Shown here in pieces: positions 25,263 to 37,324 of a stretch of DNA of 64,000 bases. The stretch is from assembly GCA_965645245.1 (NCBI GenBank), contig OZ287072.1, forward strand, positions 1,302,001 through 1,366,000, in the 5' to 3' direction. The notes beneath the pieces were generated by a model. That model had not been told where the DNA came from and did no database searches. It saw only the letters and a list, made by a program, of their open reading frames with translations. The stretch's first letter is position 1, and the number at the start of each line of letters is the position of its first letter. The position numbers were made by a program, and so were the translations under genes. The DNA is from Massalongia carnosa. Its lineage: Eukaryota.

Positions 25263-26049
25263 TAGATGGAGGGATGGCTCTGTCGATGTATAGCGCAGTC
25301 TTGAATGGGATATTTCCTACGGATAGAAGTACGGGGAATCGGATTTTGGAACGCATTGGCGCTAATGGTAGACGGCTAGCGGGTGTGTTCTCTCGCTCAG
25401 AGCCAAGAAAAGCCATCAGACTCAATCCATTCGCTGAGGTACTAAATCGAGATGTTATGCTTGACCTCGTCCCAAGCGTCTCGGTTCCAGATGCTTCATC
25501 CTTATCCTCGCCAGATGCTGTTTTTTCCCCAGAGTCACATGTGACTGCTTTCAGGCAAGAGATATTCGAACTACAGTTTAGCTGCTGCAATAACATGTAC
25601 TGACGTGGTTGCGGCAGTCGGAATCGTCTTCCATTATGCAGCTAGATGACTAGAGAGCTGGAAACTGGAAATCCCAGAACCGGATTATAGGGTGGTGCAA
25701 GGGGACTTGGGGGGTTAGGAAGGCATGGAGAAGAGTCACTAAGGTAACTAAAACATGAGGTGGGTGGGACAGATCGTGCCCCTGGTACCCCACGTTTTTA
25801 AACAGTTCCTCTGGATATGATTGTGCGAAACTTCGGCTGTTCAAGTTATAAGCTAAGGGACTTGCGCAGCACGAAGAGATGGGCTTGGATCGATGCCTTT
25901 TACTTATGCTTGGTTCACTTAGCGATTGACAGTATCTTCACTTGATAGTTCGTTTCGTCATTGGGCATCCCTTCCCTAATTGTTACGTACTCTGTCTTTT
26001 GACATCGCCTCTTTGAAGACCTTGTGAGAGCACAAAGCAGCCAGCTATC

Positions 26050-28263
26050 ATGCATGAATTTATGTTGAGGATTTCTTCGCAAAACCTTTATGTTATTGCT
26101 ACGATCGGCTTGTTTCTTTACGTTATCGTGGGAGCCACGTACAGGTTGTATTTTAGCCCACTGGCTAAATTCCCTGGAAGGAAGCTGGCTGCCTTGACTC
26201 TTTGGTACGAGTTCTATCATGATTACTTCAGAAGGGGCCAGTATACATGGGAGATCGCCGACATGCATGCTCAATATGGTATGTTAATGGTATCGTTACT
26301 GAAGATAGACTGTTGATCTCGGGTTTCTAGGTCCTATCGTCCGCATAAGCCCGCACGAGTTGCACATCAACGATCCGGATTACTATGACTACCTATACGG
26401 CTCGGCTCTCAAGCTCGACAAATATCCATGGATTGTCAAGCAGTTTGGCAATCAGCTCTCCACGATGGGCACTGCGTCTCACCATCATCATAAACTACGT
26501 CGAAACGCACTCTCACCTTTTCTATCTGGCGCGAAGGTTATGCAGCTTGAAGGATTGATCACGTCGAAGGTTGAGGGGTTATGCGATCTTCTGAAAGGCT
26601 ACCGGGCTTCGAAGACTCCCATCGATATCCGCTCGGCATATCGTGCCCTGACAATGGATATCATTTCTGATTACGCTATGGCTGAGTCCTGGGACTATCT
26701 TGGGAAACCGGACCTGGGTACAGATTGGTTCCGCATGATCCGTAGCGGTAGCGAAGCAGGCTACTTGCTCCGTCAATTTCCGTGGGTGTTGCCTGTACTG
26801 AAGAGTTTGCCATACAATCTGATAATCTGGCTCTTTCCTGATGCTGCTGCAACGCTTGGTTTACATAAGGTAAGGCTTGCGTGTTTTTTTTTCTTGCGCA
26901 AGTATCTCGTTGTGAGCTATAGCCTTATGTGAACGGACTCGTGTCCTTAGTGGCTTTTTCTCAACGTCTTATGGGCCGTCAGTTCCAGAGTTATGAATTG
27001 AGCTTCATTATTTCAGCTCGCTTCTCAACTCACCTTTGGTGAGAATCATTTTCCTTCAATTATTTCTGAGCACCTTAGAACAGTTGCGATTCATATCCGT
27101 CCCGTGTTCCTCATCATCTAATATTCCGATGCAATGTAAGCTATCACAAATGAATCACTTACAGAACCAATCAGGCCAATGAACTGCAAGTCAAAGCCAT
27201 CAAAGAAGCAGGCCCAAATGCAACATACGAAAAAGGCCACCCAACTATCTTCTATGACCTCTTGTTTAAGAGTAACCTCCCACCGCAGGAGAAAACCATC
27301 GATCGCATGGCCGCCGAGGGAACTTTGCTCATCATCGCCGGGTCCGAAAGTGTTAGTAGCGCGCTTACATGCTTGCATTTTCACCTCCTGTCAAATCCGG
27401 AAAAACTTGCGCGGCTAAAGCAAGAGCTTATGGAGGCAATGCCCAACCCGGATGTCTTGCCGCATTGGCAGGATCTACGCAAACTGCCGTATCTTGTGAG
27501 TTGCTGTGACATGTTTGTGGTGGAAAGCTGTTCTTACATTTAGTTCAGACTGCATGCATTGAAGAGAATTTGCGGTAATGAGTCCATTCCTTTGACAAAC
27601 AATGTCCATTCCCAAAAACCTTATTACTAAACAGCACATTTCTAGCATCACAAACCCTGGCGTCGTGCATCGCCTCGCGCGAATGGCTCCAGAACAGGGC
27701 CTCAATTTCCGAAACTGGCATATCCCCGCTGGCGTAAGTCCTATAGCTCAACAACTACTCTTTTTATCACTGTAAGTCACTAATCATTTTTGGGTTCTAT
27801 ATGAAAAACAGACCCCTGTCAGTATGAACGCTTTCAACCTCCACATGAATCCCTCCATCTTTCCCCGCCCTAACGAATTCCTCCCTGAGCGCTGGCTCGA
27901 CCCTCGCACAAAGACGAAGAACTTGAAACGCTACCTTGTACCATTCACTAAAGGACCCCGACAATGTCTAGGGATGGAGTGAGTTTTCCATGCCTTCATG
28001 CCCCTTCCCATCTCCTCGTCCCTCTGCTTTCTCTTCATTCTATCCTCTCCTTTCCCCACACCACCCTAGCAAGCAGCTAAGCCCTCCTCCCCGCCCCTCA
28101 CAGACTCGCCTATGCAGACATGTACCTCGCGGCCGCGATTGTCCATCGCCGCTTCTCCACGCGCCTGTTCGAAACCACGTACGTGGACATCGCCATCGCG
28201 CACGATTTCTTCAACCCTTACCCCCGCCTGGACTCTAAGGGCGTGAGGGTCGTTGTTGAGTAA
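26050..28263 (+). CDS. Cytochrome P450 (resembles CYP58/trichodiene oxygenase-like clan)
   Basis: TM anchor, YRLYFSPLAKFPGRKLAALTLWYEFY, GPIVRISPHELHINDP, I-helix AGSES, EENLR (ExxR), PERW, heme motif FTKGPRQCLG. Multiple GT-AG introns; reading frame appears intact. Confidence 0.93.
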
Positions 28264-29244
28264 AGATATTCGCTGCGGTTGGGATTGGCATCTAGGTCTG
28301 CTTTTGCTAGAGCGGATGGGAAAGAACGGGGGGGGAGGGAAGAAGATACTCCAAGGGGACCTTAGAAGGAAAGTTACGGCGAAACGAAGAAATAAATCTA
28401 ACAGGTTGCCGGCGTTATATTGGGGGGAAGGATCGGTGAAATGGATGGGCTGGGTTGATGATCAAGGCTTTTTGTTTTCTATTCTGCCCAGTTGTTGATT
28501 CCTCACGAACATAAGAAACGGTCTCATATAGCAGATTAGGGGTGGGAGCTTTCCAACCAACGAACTTTCTACAAAAATCTTATTCTCTCGTCCTTCCTCG
28601 CCTCCACACCCCCAAACCCCCTCCTGTCCCACTGATCTACTATACAGCGTCTAGCTAGCTAGCTAGCTAGGTAGGTTGGTAGGAAGCGTAAATCACTCGT
28701 TTGTTTGTTTGTTTTTGGCGTGTTTGTACGGTCGATTGTTCGATTATTCGCTGGGGCTTGCTCGCTAGCCCCTTTGCTTGTTTTCGTCAGGGAAGGAAGT
28801 ACGTAAAGGCAGAATGAGGCTTACTTGCCTATCTACTGTCTCAACCCGCGCAGATGAGAGAGAACCCCCACAGCCGGGAGCCGTTAAAGGGAGGGGAAGA
28901 GGGGTTCTTGCATGTGGGAAGGAGATTAGGGGTGGTTAAGGGCCCGGTAGCTTGCCTGGAGGGTTGGTATCTGGGTCGGTCGGTCTTTCTGTCTGTAATA
29001 CGAAAAGAAAGAGAGAATGAATCTTCCACGGACGATTCTTATCGATTTCTATTTCTATCAATGTGGTTGGTGAGAAAAGCAAGCCTACCCACGCAAACCG
29101 CCGGCTATGGTTTCCCAGCATGCCCGTAGAGCGTCTCGCTGAATATATGCTGGTTGGGTGTATAAAGAAACAGAAAACGCCAAGGCTTAAACAAGCCTAC
29201 CCCCTATATGCTCTCCAGACTATGCTCAAGCCTAAAACAAAATC

Positions 29245-30807
29245 TCACATCATAAACACCATCCCGCCCCCCAAAACACACGACAAAGCCACCATCGCCG
29301 CAGAAACCAATCCGGCCGCCCCAAGCAGCGGTGCTTTCACCCCCCCAGCACCGCTCGTCTTGCCTAGATCGAAGGTCGGCGTAGGGTGCCCATGAGAAAT
29401 CTTGGTTGCGCCGGGGTTGTTAGGCTGGGCGTCTGTTGCGAGCGGATGGCCCGAGAATGTCTGCGTGACGACGACGCCCGTGGCCGTAGCGCTGGCGCCC
29501 GGGATGTCGGTGCCGGAAAACGCGACGATGTTATCCTTGGTGGCGTTGAAGTTGGTCTGCGCGATGCCGATCTGCTCGTTCTCCAGATTATAGACCACAT
29601 ACGCGGAGCGAAGGAAGGTGTCGCCAAAGAGGAGCGGGGCGTCGCCAGCTGGCAAGAGGCCCCAGCTGCAGGCAGAAGTCCTGTCCGGGAAAGTGGGCGC
29701 GTCCTCGGCATCAGATGTCAGGTCAGTGACAAATTCAGAAATATCCACCTCGATGGAAGGGCCTTTTGACCCGCCAAAGGCAAAGGATAACTTGGCGCCA
29801 TTATTCTTGAGGTTACAAGGAATGACGTAGCCAAAGGTGGGATCTGAGACGGCACCAACACCACTGATGATGGCATTCGCAATATTATCTGGCAAATAAG
29901 TGTCCGTGGTGCCGCTATCCAAGATGACGGGTAGAGCGAGACCATTTTTAGAGTATTGACTCTTTCCTTGCTTGTTCACTAAGGAGACCGACTCCAACGC
30001 CACAGTAAAGGAAGTGATGTTGCCGCTTTCGGAGTCGGGTTGGATGGGAAGGACGGTAAGGTCGCCGTGGTATTTCTCCGTATCAACTCCACCGAAAAGA
30101 ATCGATCCGGTATTGGAATCTATCAAACGATCAGTTCGTATCTATCATATGAAGAGACGAGAATTACCCAGGTCATTAAGCCATAGGCTGTAGGCTAGAG
30201 TCTTAATGAATTGCTGACTCTTTAGCTCGTTGATAATGTTGGGATACTCTTCTTCCGGGTTTCTGGGGATGACCGATTCTCCGCTTGAGAATCCAATACC
30301 CATGATACCTATACCCCGGCTGGCCGTGGTTGCAAGACCCATTTGCATTCTTTTTATTGTCTGCTTCCCAATGTTTAGGGTGTCGGAAAAGAAATCCCCA
30401 TCAACTGCACTACTATCCTGATACGATATCGAGAAGGCGCCTTGGCCGATTAACTTGGCCGAAGAAGACGAATTGGGGTCGAAGGCACCAAAGCTGCACC
30501 TTTCGGGGGTTTGGACGCAAACATCTGCAGTGGTAGCCGGAATCCAGATGTCACTGCTGCCGGTGTCTAGCTGAAGGCTAAATGGTTGTGGTGGTGTGCC
30601 AATAGTAACGTTTATGAAGTATAGGATCTCTTCGTTGGTAATGTCTACCTTGAGGGTCTTTTGGCGGCGAATCAAGCGACCAGCTGTTGCCGAACCTCCT
30701 CTCGCTTCCTTTTTAAAGTCTAGCGCCAACGCTTTGGGAGATGCATCGGCAACGACCAGGCGAGCAAAAGCGGCAGCTGCTACGCAAAGAAGATAAATTT
30801 TTGACAT
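29245..30807 (-). CDS. Secreted/GPI-anchored aspartic protease (yapsin/OpsB-like)
   Basis: Signal peptide, propeptide ending RR, YFINVTIGTPPQ, catalytic LDTGSSD and LDSGTT, LFGDTFLRSAYVVYNLEN, hydrophobic C-terminal GPI-type signal; intron 30120-30167. Confidence 0.92.
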
Positions 30808-32013
30808 ATTGAGACGAAGTGGGAGGGACCTCTGGAGATATTTTTAAACGATAGTACTATAGTACTACAGGGTCAGTGTTGAATCGATGGTCCTCTGTCG
30901 GAAGGCGGAGAGAGAAGGAGAGTGAAGGGTAATAAATCAGTACCTACTTATAGAAATGTCGAGTTACGCCAAAGATGGAACGCCAATCTGGGAAAGGAGA
31001 GTTGGGAGGTCAAAGTGGTTGGGGGCAAAGAGGCTGAAGCCATCGATGCTGCCAATCAACGACGTCCTCTTCTGCAGTAAGAACGCCACACTAAGGGTCG
31101 ACACATCTAGCCCTAACGACCAAAGACAGGATGATAGGGTAAAGCGCCAAACGCGAAATGCAACAACAAGAAAAGCCCAGCCCATCAGAGCGAAGATATC
31201 GCTCTACACCGTCTACACGCTGTAGTTGTGCGTACGGAGGAACCAGTAAGGCATGACAGTTGACGTCTCAACAGTGTCAACTTCAAACATCCGCGCTCCA
31301 CCGCCCAAAGAAGACAAGGGAGATGTGGCATTGCAAATCTATATCTACTAGTATATTCGGCCGGTCGGGCGCTTCTTTCCATTTCTGGCATCGCGCACAA
31401 CGGGACCCCGAAGACCCTGCATCTGGCCTTGCTAAGCCTCACCATTCCACATCAGGTTAATCCGCTGAACCTCGTTTACCCGAACGCCGAGACACAAGAC
31501 ATGATACCCACGTGACACCACAAGCTTACCCGGTAGGGCTGCATCCTCAAGGCATGTACTAGTGGACGGCTGAAATGGAACAGCCGATGAACCCAGACAA
31601 CTCTTAACGAGAAATCACCCTCCCCCACCATGTATATATCAGATAAAGACTGCCTTTGGGATCATCTTTCAGACGCTCTCCTGTCAGAGCTGACCTGCAT
31701 CGATGTTGGCTTCCCAACGGACTGATGCTTAGATCGGATAACAAGGATTCCTTTGTGCGCAGTCGCCCGCCCGTGTCTCGACTCATCGACGAACGAGCAA
31801 ACTTTAACTTCACCCTACAGCACTGCGGATTCTGCATCGCCCACCATTTTCACCTCTAGTTCACGGTGGTTCAGGAAAAGTAAGACAGACTCACCACTTC
31901 CACATCTATCCTAAGACCAGGAAACTGTGGCCAATTTGTGGCATTCATAACAAAGATCCTACCACGAAAAGGGTGGACACTACCACAGTCCGAGACCTGC
32001 AGTTTTCTGTGCC

Positions 32014-34896
32014 ATGGCAAGCGGTCAAGGCCCACGCCAGCCGGCGCATTTGGGCGCGACATTCTATCCAGGAGGGACGGACGATTTCTACATGCCGGAA
32101 GTCATCTCTCCATCCCCGCAGCGGTAAGTGCGAAGGTGGACGTTAGCTAGAAAACATATGAAAGTGCTAACAAAGATGGAAAAGGATCATGCCAGAGGTT
32201 CCGGAACAAATACAAGGCAATCTGGCCCACCTTGAACTTGAGGCTGACCCACGATATCGCATGTCTGGACTGCACTCACCTGCTCCTGTTGCTGAAATGC
32301 CGGCTTTCTCTACACCCGCTCTGCAAGACCGCTTCTCGACTCTTTCGGCGTCCACCATGTTGAGCGAAACACCCCGCTCTCATGTCGCCCCAACAACCCA
32401 ATACGAAACAAACCACACTCAAGCAGAATACCGACCTCGAGAGCCGGGCGGACTTGATTCCAGCGACCTGGAAGCCCCAAGTTTTTCTCCTTTTCCGCCT
32501 CTTTATAATCGACCAATAAACGTTCCGCCCTCGGATGCGGAGAGGGAGGTCATTCTCGAAAGAGCGCGGCTGCCGGTCCTGAGCTCGAATGATCCCGAGA
32601 TGCAGTTGACGTGGGCACAAGATACCTTGGCGTATGTAGAAATAGCCGCGCAGAACCAGCAACGGGATAGTGAACCCCCGGAAACTCGACCCAAGACTCC
32701 GCGGATAGAGTATCAGTTACGAGCTGATGCTATCAATGTTGTGACCTTCCTCGCCGACCAGTTTCATCCAAAAGCAGATTTTGTGAGGGGGGTGTGGCTG
32801 GAATTTGGAAAGTTCTATTTTCGCATGGACAAGAAAGAGGCTTACAGATGCTACTGCCGAGCCGCTCAAAAGGGTTATGCCAGAGCCGAATATCGAATTG
32901 GTATGCTTTTTGAATCGTCAAATGACACCATCAAAGCAATAAAACACTACACGCGAGGTGTCGAAGCTGGCGATTCCGCCTCTCATTACGTAAGTGACTC
33001 CAAACCTACGTTCTTTCTTTCCTATGAGAGACGTGGTATTTAACACTGACACCTCTTAGCGTCTTGGAATGATGACCCTCCTTGGGCAGCATGGACAACC
33101 CTTAGACTACGAAAAAGGCATTCAGTTGATCAAAGTTGCCGCCGAAACAGCTGATGAAAATGCACCTCAGGGAGCATATGTACGAGGTGGCTTTCCCTCT
33201 TGAGCATTCGAGGCTGATATGGTGCATAGGTTTTGGGAATGTTACAAGCACGAGAAATTGCTCAAGTGAATGTTCCAGAGCAGTATTTGCCTCTAAATAT
33301 CACCGATGCTCGATACAATATTGAAAAGGCTGCTTATCTAGGCTTTGCAAAAGCCCAAACCAAGATGGGGTCTGCGTACGAGCTTTGCCAGCTTGGGTGT
33401 GATTTTGATCCTACTTTATCTCTTCACTACAACGCCTTGGCCGCTAGACAAGGTGAGGCCGAAGCTGAAATGTCCATAAGCAAGTGGTTTTTATGTGGAT
33501 ACGACGACATTTTCGAGAAGAACGAGGCTCTGGCCTTTAAATACGCACGGCGAGCAGCGGCAGGTGGGCTCGCCACGGCAGAGTTTGCGATGGGATATTT
33601 CTACGAGATCGGCATGCATGTCCCGGCAGATCTGAACGAAGCTAGATCATGGTACGCTAAAGCCTCGGATCATGGGAACAAGGATGCTGCCGCAAGGATC
33701 GACGGAATATCTCGTTCGAGCACCTTATCTAAGAAAGATCACGTGAACGTTGCGATTGCCCGAATACAGTCGCAGTATGGCTCCCATAGGGGTAAGAGGC
33801 CAGACCGGTTCAGAGCCCATCCGGACCCTATGCCTACTATCCCAGATAGCACTGTGGAAATGCCGGATCCTTATCAATCAAGACCATCTGGAGATACCCG
33901 TCCTTATCCAGATACGCCTTCGAACATTCCGACTCCAAGGCCTGTTTCTGTTGCGCCATATCCGGTAGACAGCGACCAAGATCTCCACCCAAAGCCTAGG
34001 CCGGCAAACGCCACCGCATACTCTCATCCGAACCTGCGGTTTGATGCTGATTCCCGGCGAAGTTCTGCCGCTGGTGCAGCTCCTGCAGGACTGGATGGAA
34101 ATTTTCGAAGAGGCTCCCCTGTAGTAATGGGACCTCATCGCCCTGCCTCTAGCACAGGAGACTTGGCATATGGCCGTGGAAGGGGTAAGCCAACCTTTAA
34201 TACTGCTCCTGGCCCTCAAGCCTATAGACAACCGAGCGGAGGACTACCCAGCCCTCCCATGAGTGGTCCGGGCCCGCTCAACCTTTCCAGGCCACCACAC
34301 TCAGGCGGTGACATAGGCTACGTTGCCCCTTCAGGCTATAGGCAGAGCAGCGGAGCTGTATCAAGCCATATGAAACCCGCTCCGCTCAACGTCTCCCGGC
34401 CGCAATCTGGAATCGACATCGGCTTCTCTGCTCCTCCAGATCTCTCCGGTGCAGATCGGAAACAGCGACTGCAGAAGCACAACCCCTCCAGCGGGGCTCC
34501 GGCGTGGCCTTTACCGGCAACGTCCAATCCTGACGCTGTTCCCAATCGTCACTCGCCAAGATTGTCAAGTCTACCACATGCGCAAACCTTCTCAGGAGTG
34601 AACCGTCCCCCGAGCCCAAGCCAAAGGCATCGTGATACTCTGCCTAACCTTGCGGGTCCGGGACAACCTCAGGATTCTACCAATGCCCCACTTGCACCTC
34701 CTAAAGTTTTAGGAGCAGATCCGGCACCCACCACTCCTCCACCTACTATCATTCCAGGTAGGCTACCAGGGAAAGGCCCTCAGACTTTTGAGGCGATGAA
34801 CATTCCCGTAGCAAAGAAGGATAGCGAATGTGTAGGTTTTTCATTCATCCAATTTACAATGTACTCCAGCTAACACTACCATAGGTTCTAATGTAG
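32014..34896 (+). CDS. Sel1-repeat chitin synthase activator (Chs4/Skt5-like) ending in CaaX CVLM
   Basis: Exon 1 MASGQGPRQPAHLGATFYPGGTDDFYMPEVISPSPQR; VLSSNDPEMQLTWAQD; Sel1 repeats (AAQKGYARAEYRIG, AAYLGFAKAQTKMG, GLATAEFAMGYFYEIG); P-rich tail; GKGPQTFEAMNIP..KDSEC|VLM*. Confidence 0.88.
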
Positions 34897-35247
34897 ATTT
34901 TTACCGCGGGATAATTGGGGTTCTTCGCATAGCGGGTCGGCGTTTGGGTGCAAAGCGTTGTCGAGTGGGTTCCGCAGTCACTCTACGGTCTATCATGAAA
35001 GCTTTGGCATGGTTTATGATGGCGTTGGTAATGGTTCGTTCTTTAGACGCGGCTTGATATGATATAGCAACCCTAACTCGGCTTTATTCATTGATTGTTT
35101 GCGCCCTGACGGTTTTTCTCACATCCCGCATTCGTCGGATTTGTGAAATAGTGACTTCGTATGATTTGTGTGATTTGTTTGGGTTCCACGTTGGAACTCA
35201 TTCGGTCTACGTGAAGTCCCATCAAGCAGCCTGATCTATTACTGAAG

Positions 35248-36319
35248 ATGGCTCGAAAGGAAAAACCCGAGAAAGCAACGGTGGACCAAGGTCGGTCCAA
35301 GCGTCCTTTGACGAAACCTTGCTTCCCACGTCTAACTAACCAAGAGATGTAGGTTCGGGTTTGATCGTCGCCTACCTTAGTAGGTGTTCTTAGGAGCTAT
35401 TTAGGTAGTACATATTTGCTGATCGCTCGAAAAGAGAAACAAAAGTCTGTTTGCTTCCGCCCATGAAAGCGGTATATATCCTGTAAGGAAATTGGCTTAC
35501 TCTTCCAACCATTAGCCGTCCCTACTCGGTGAGCAAGTTCTGGACGACTACCTGGAGATTTGTGGGATCGAGGCTTACAGGGATTTGAACTCAAGGCTAC
35601 AGATATTTCGGCCAATTTACACAACAAGGTCACCAAAAGTATGTTGCTATGCGCTCATGCATCGAAATTGGAGCTCGACTAATGGCTTGAAAGCCTATGC
35701 TGCTAAAGCGCTGAAAGAGTTGCACGAAAGCCAGATAATTGTAGGAAAGGTAGCCGGTACAGATGCACCCCGCCGGCGAAGTGTTCTTCATAAGGACTAC
35801 GTTACTTACCATTTCCAGGAAAGCAACTCGTATACCATGCCATCCAAGATCCGAAAGATGCTGTCACCCCGGACGAGCTAGCCGCCATGGACAAGCAGAT
35901 CCACGATCTGCGTGAGGGAATCGCCACTGCCAAAGCGAACGAAAAGCTGTTGCGAGCGAACCTTGTTGCCGTCAACGCCACCCTCTCTACCGAGGATCTT
36001 CGCGTTCGGGTCATCACGCTGCAGTCCGAGAAGAAGGAAATTCTGGCGCGTTTGGGACCGTTGAGGTCGGGGACCGTCAAACCGGTTTCGACGGAAGAGA
36101 AAGAGACAGCGGACAAGGCGTGGAAGGCATGGTCACGGAAGGCGGCTTTGAGAAAAAGGTTGTGTATGGAGCTTTGGGATTTTTGCACGGAGGAGATGCA
36201 AGAAGGGCAGACGAAGGAAGATCTTTGGGTAAGGGATGGTTCTTGAGAGGGTTTTGGACGATCCCACGCTGACGTGAGGATTGCAGGATGCCTTGGGTCT
36301 CGAGAACGATGAGAAATAG
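35248..36319 (+). CDS. HOP2: Meiotic homologous-pairing protein Hop2 (TBPIP/Meu13)
   Basis: Eight exons splice to MARKEKPEKATVDQGSGLIVAYLKKQNRPYSATDISANLHNKVTKTYAAKALKELHESQIIVGKVAGKQLVYHAIQ (winged helix), a coiled coil, WKAWSRKAALRKRLCMELW and EDLW-DALGLENDEK*. Confidence 0.88.
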
Positions 36320-36402
36320 CATGAGAAAGGTTCGATCGGACGTGGGTTGGGAGCATGAGGCTGGCTATTTGGGAAACTTCGATTCGATTTCATGGGGCTA
36401 TA

Positions 36403-36447
36403 CCTACCTTGCCTACCTTGCCTACCTTGCCTACCTTGCCTACCTTG
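36403..36447. repeat. (CCTACCTTG)5 minisatellite
   Basis: Five exact 9-nt copies downstream of the Hop2 stop. Confidence 0.95.
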
Positions 36448-37324
36448 AGCGAAACCATGTGTCTTTGCGTGCATCTCGCTCTAGAATCCCACTACCATCG
36501 AACTTGTGATGGGCATGTCATGTATGTAGGCCAGTTTCGAAGATTCAGGGATTTGAGCCTAGTGTGACCATCCCACGCGCATGGCTAGACTCTGGTCTTG
36601 AATCATCTGCTTCGCTTCCATGGAGGACCAAAGGTTCGTTGTCCGCCTGACCCGCTGAGGATGCGTTGCCTCTGTCTGTGCCTTTGTGTTGTAGACTGGG
36701 GGTTTGTAACTTGGTTTCGTCGATGAACATGTCTTTTGATGATGCGGCGGGTGAAACGTGAATGATGATTCCCGACCAATCATTCCAGACGATTTGCGAT
36801 AAGGATGTCGTTACAGAAGCACCTGCACCTGCACCGGCACCGGCTGGACATGCTGATGATCCAGAGCAAATCGCGAGCACAGAGTAAATAACATTGGTGT
36901 TACGCTGTCTGCATCTCACTTGACTGGATCCATCACACGCATAGTTCCCTTCTTTAGCGCTGGACCCTGACGTTGAAACGGGGTGGTGATAGTTATCTGA
37001 AGTGAAGTGAAATGGAATGGAATGAAATGATCTGATCTAATACGATATGATTTGATAAGCAATGAATCAATGAATGAGTGGATTTGGATTGATTCCATCC
37101 CAAGCCCTATCTCCACATCGCTCCCACTCGGCATCTATCACGCCACAGAATTCCTACTCTTTCACTTCTCTTCACACCTCCACCTCCACCTCCACCTCTA
37201 CTTCTCCCGTCTCCTGCTGCTGCCTATGATCACCTGGTGGGTATAATCCGAAGCTTAACTAAAACCGGCCTCGTCATCTACGACATCCATTGCCACCCAT
37301 ATCCTCACGATCTGGCAGCCAGTC

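Noticed and set aside
25234..25844. ORFs between the AAA ATPase and the P450
   Set aside because: Mutually overlapping antisense ORFs in probable 3' UTR with no domain features.
35068..35077. CAACCCTAAC as a telomerase RNA template
   Set aside because: Lies in a ~350-nt gap between two genes, too small for a filamentous-fungal TER; chance match.
36762..36856. ATGATGA...CTGA as a C/D box snoRNA
   Set aside because: No terminal stem or rRNA-complementary guide that I could identify.
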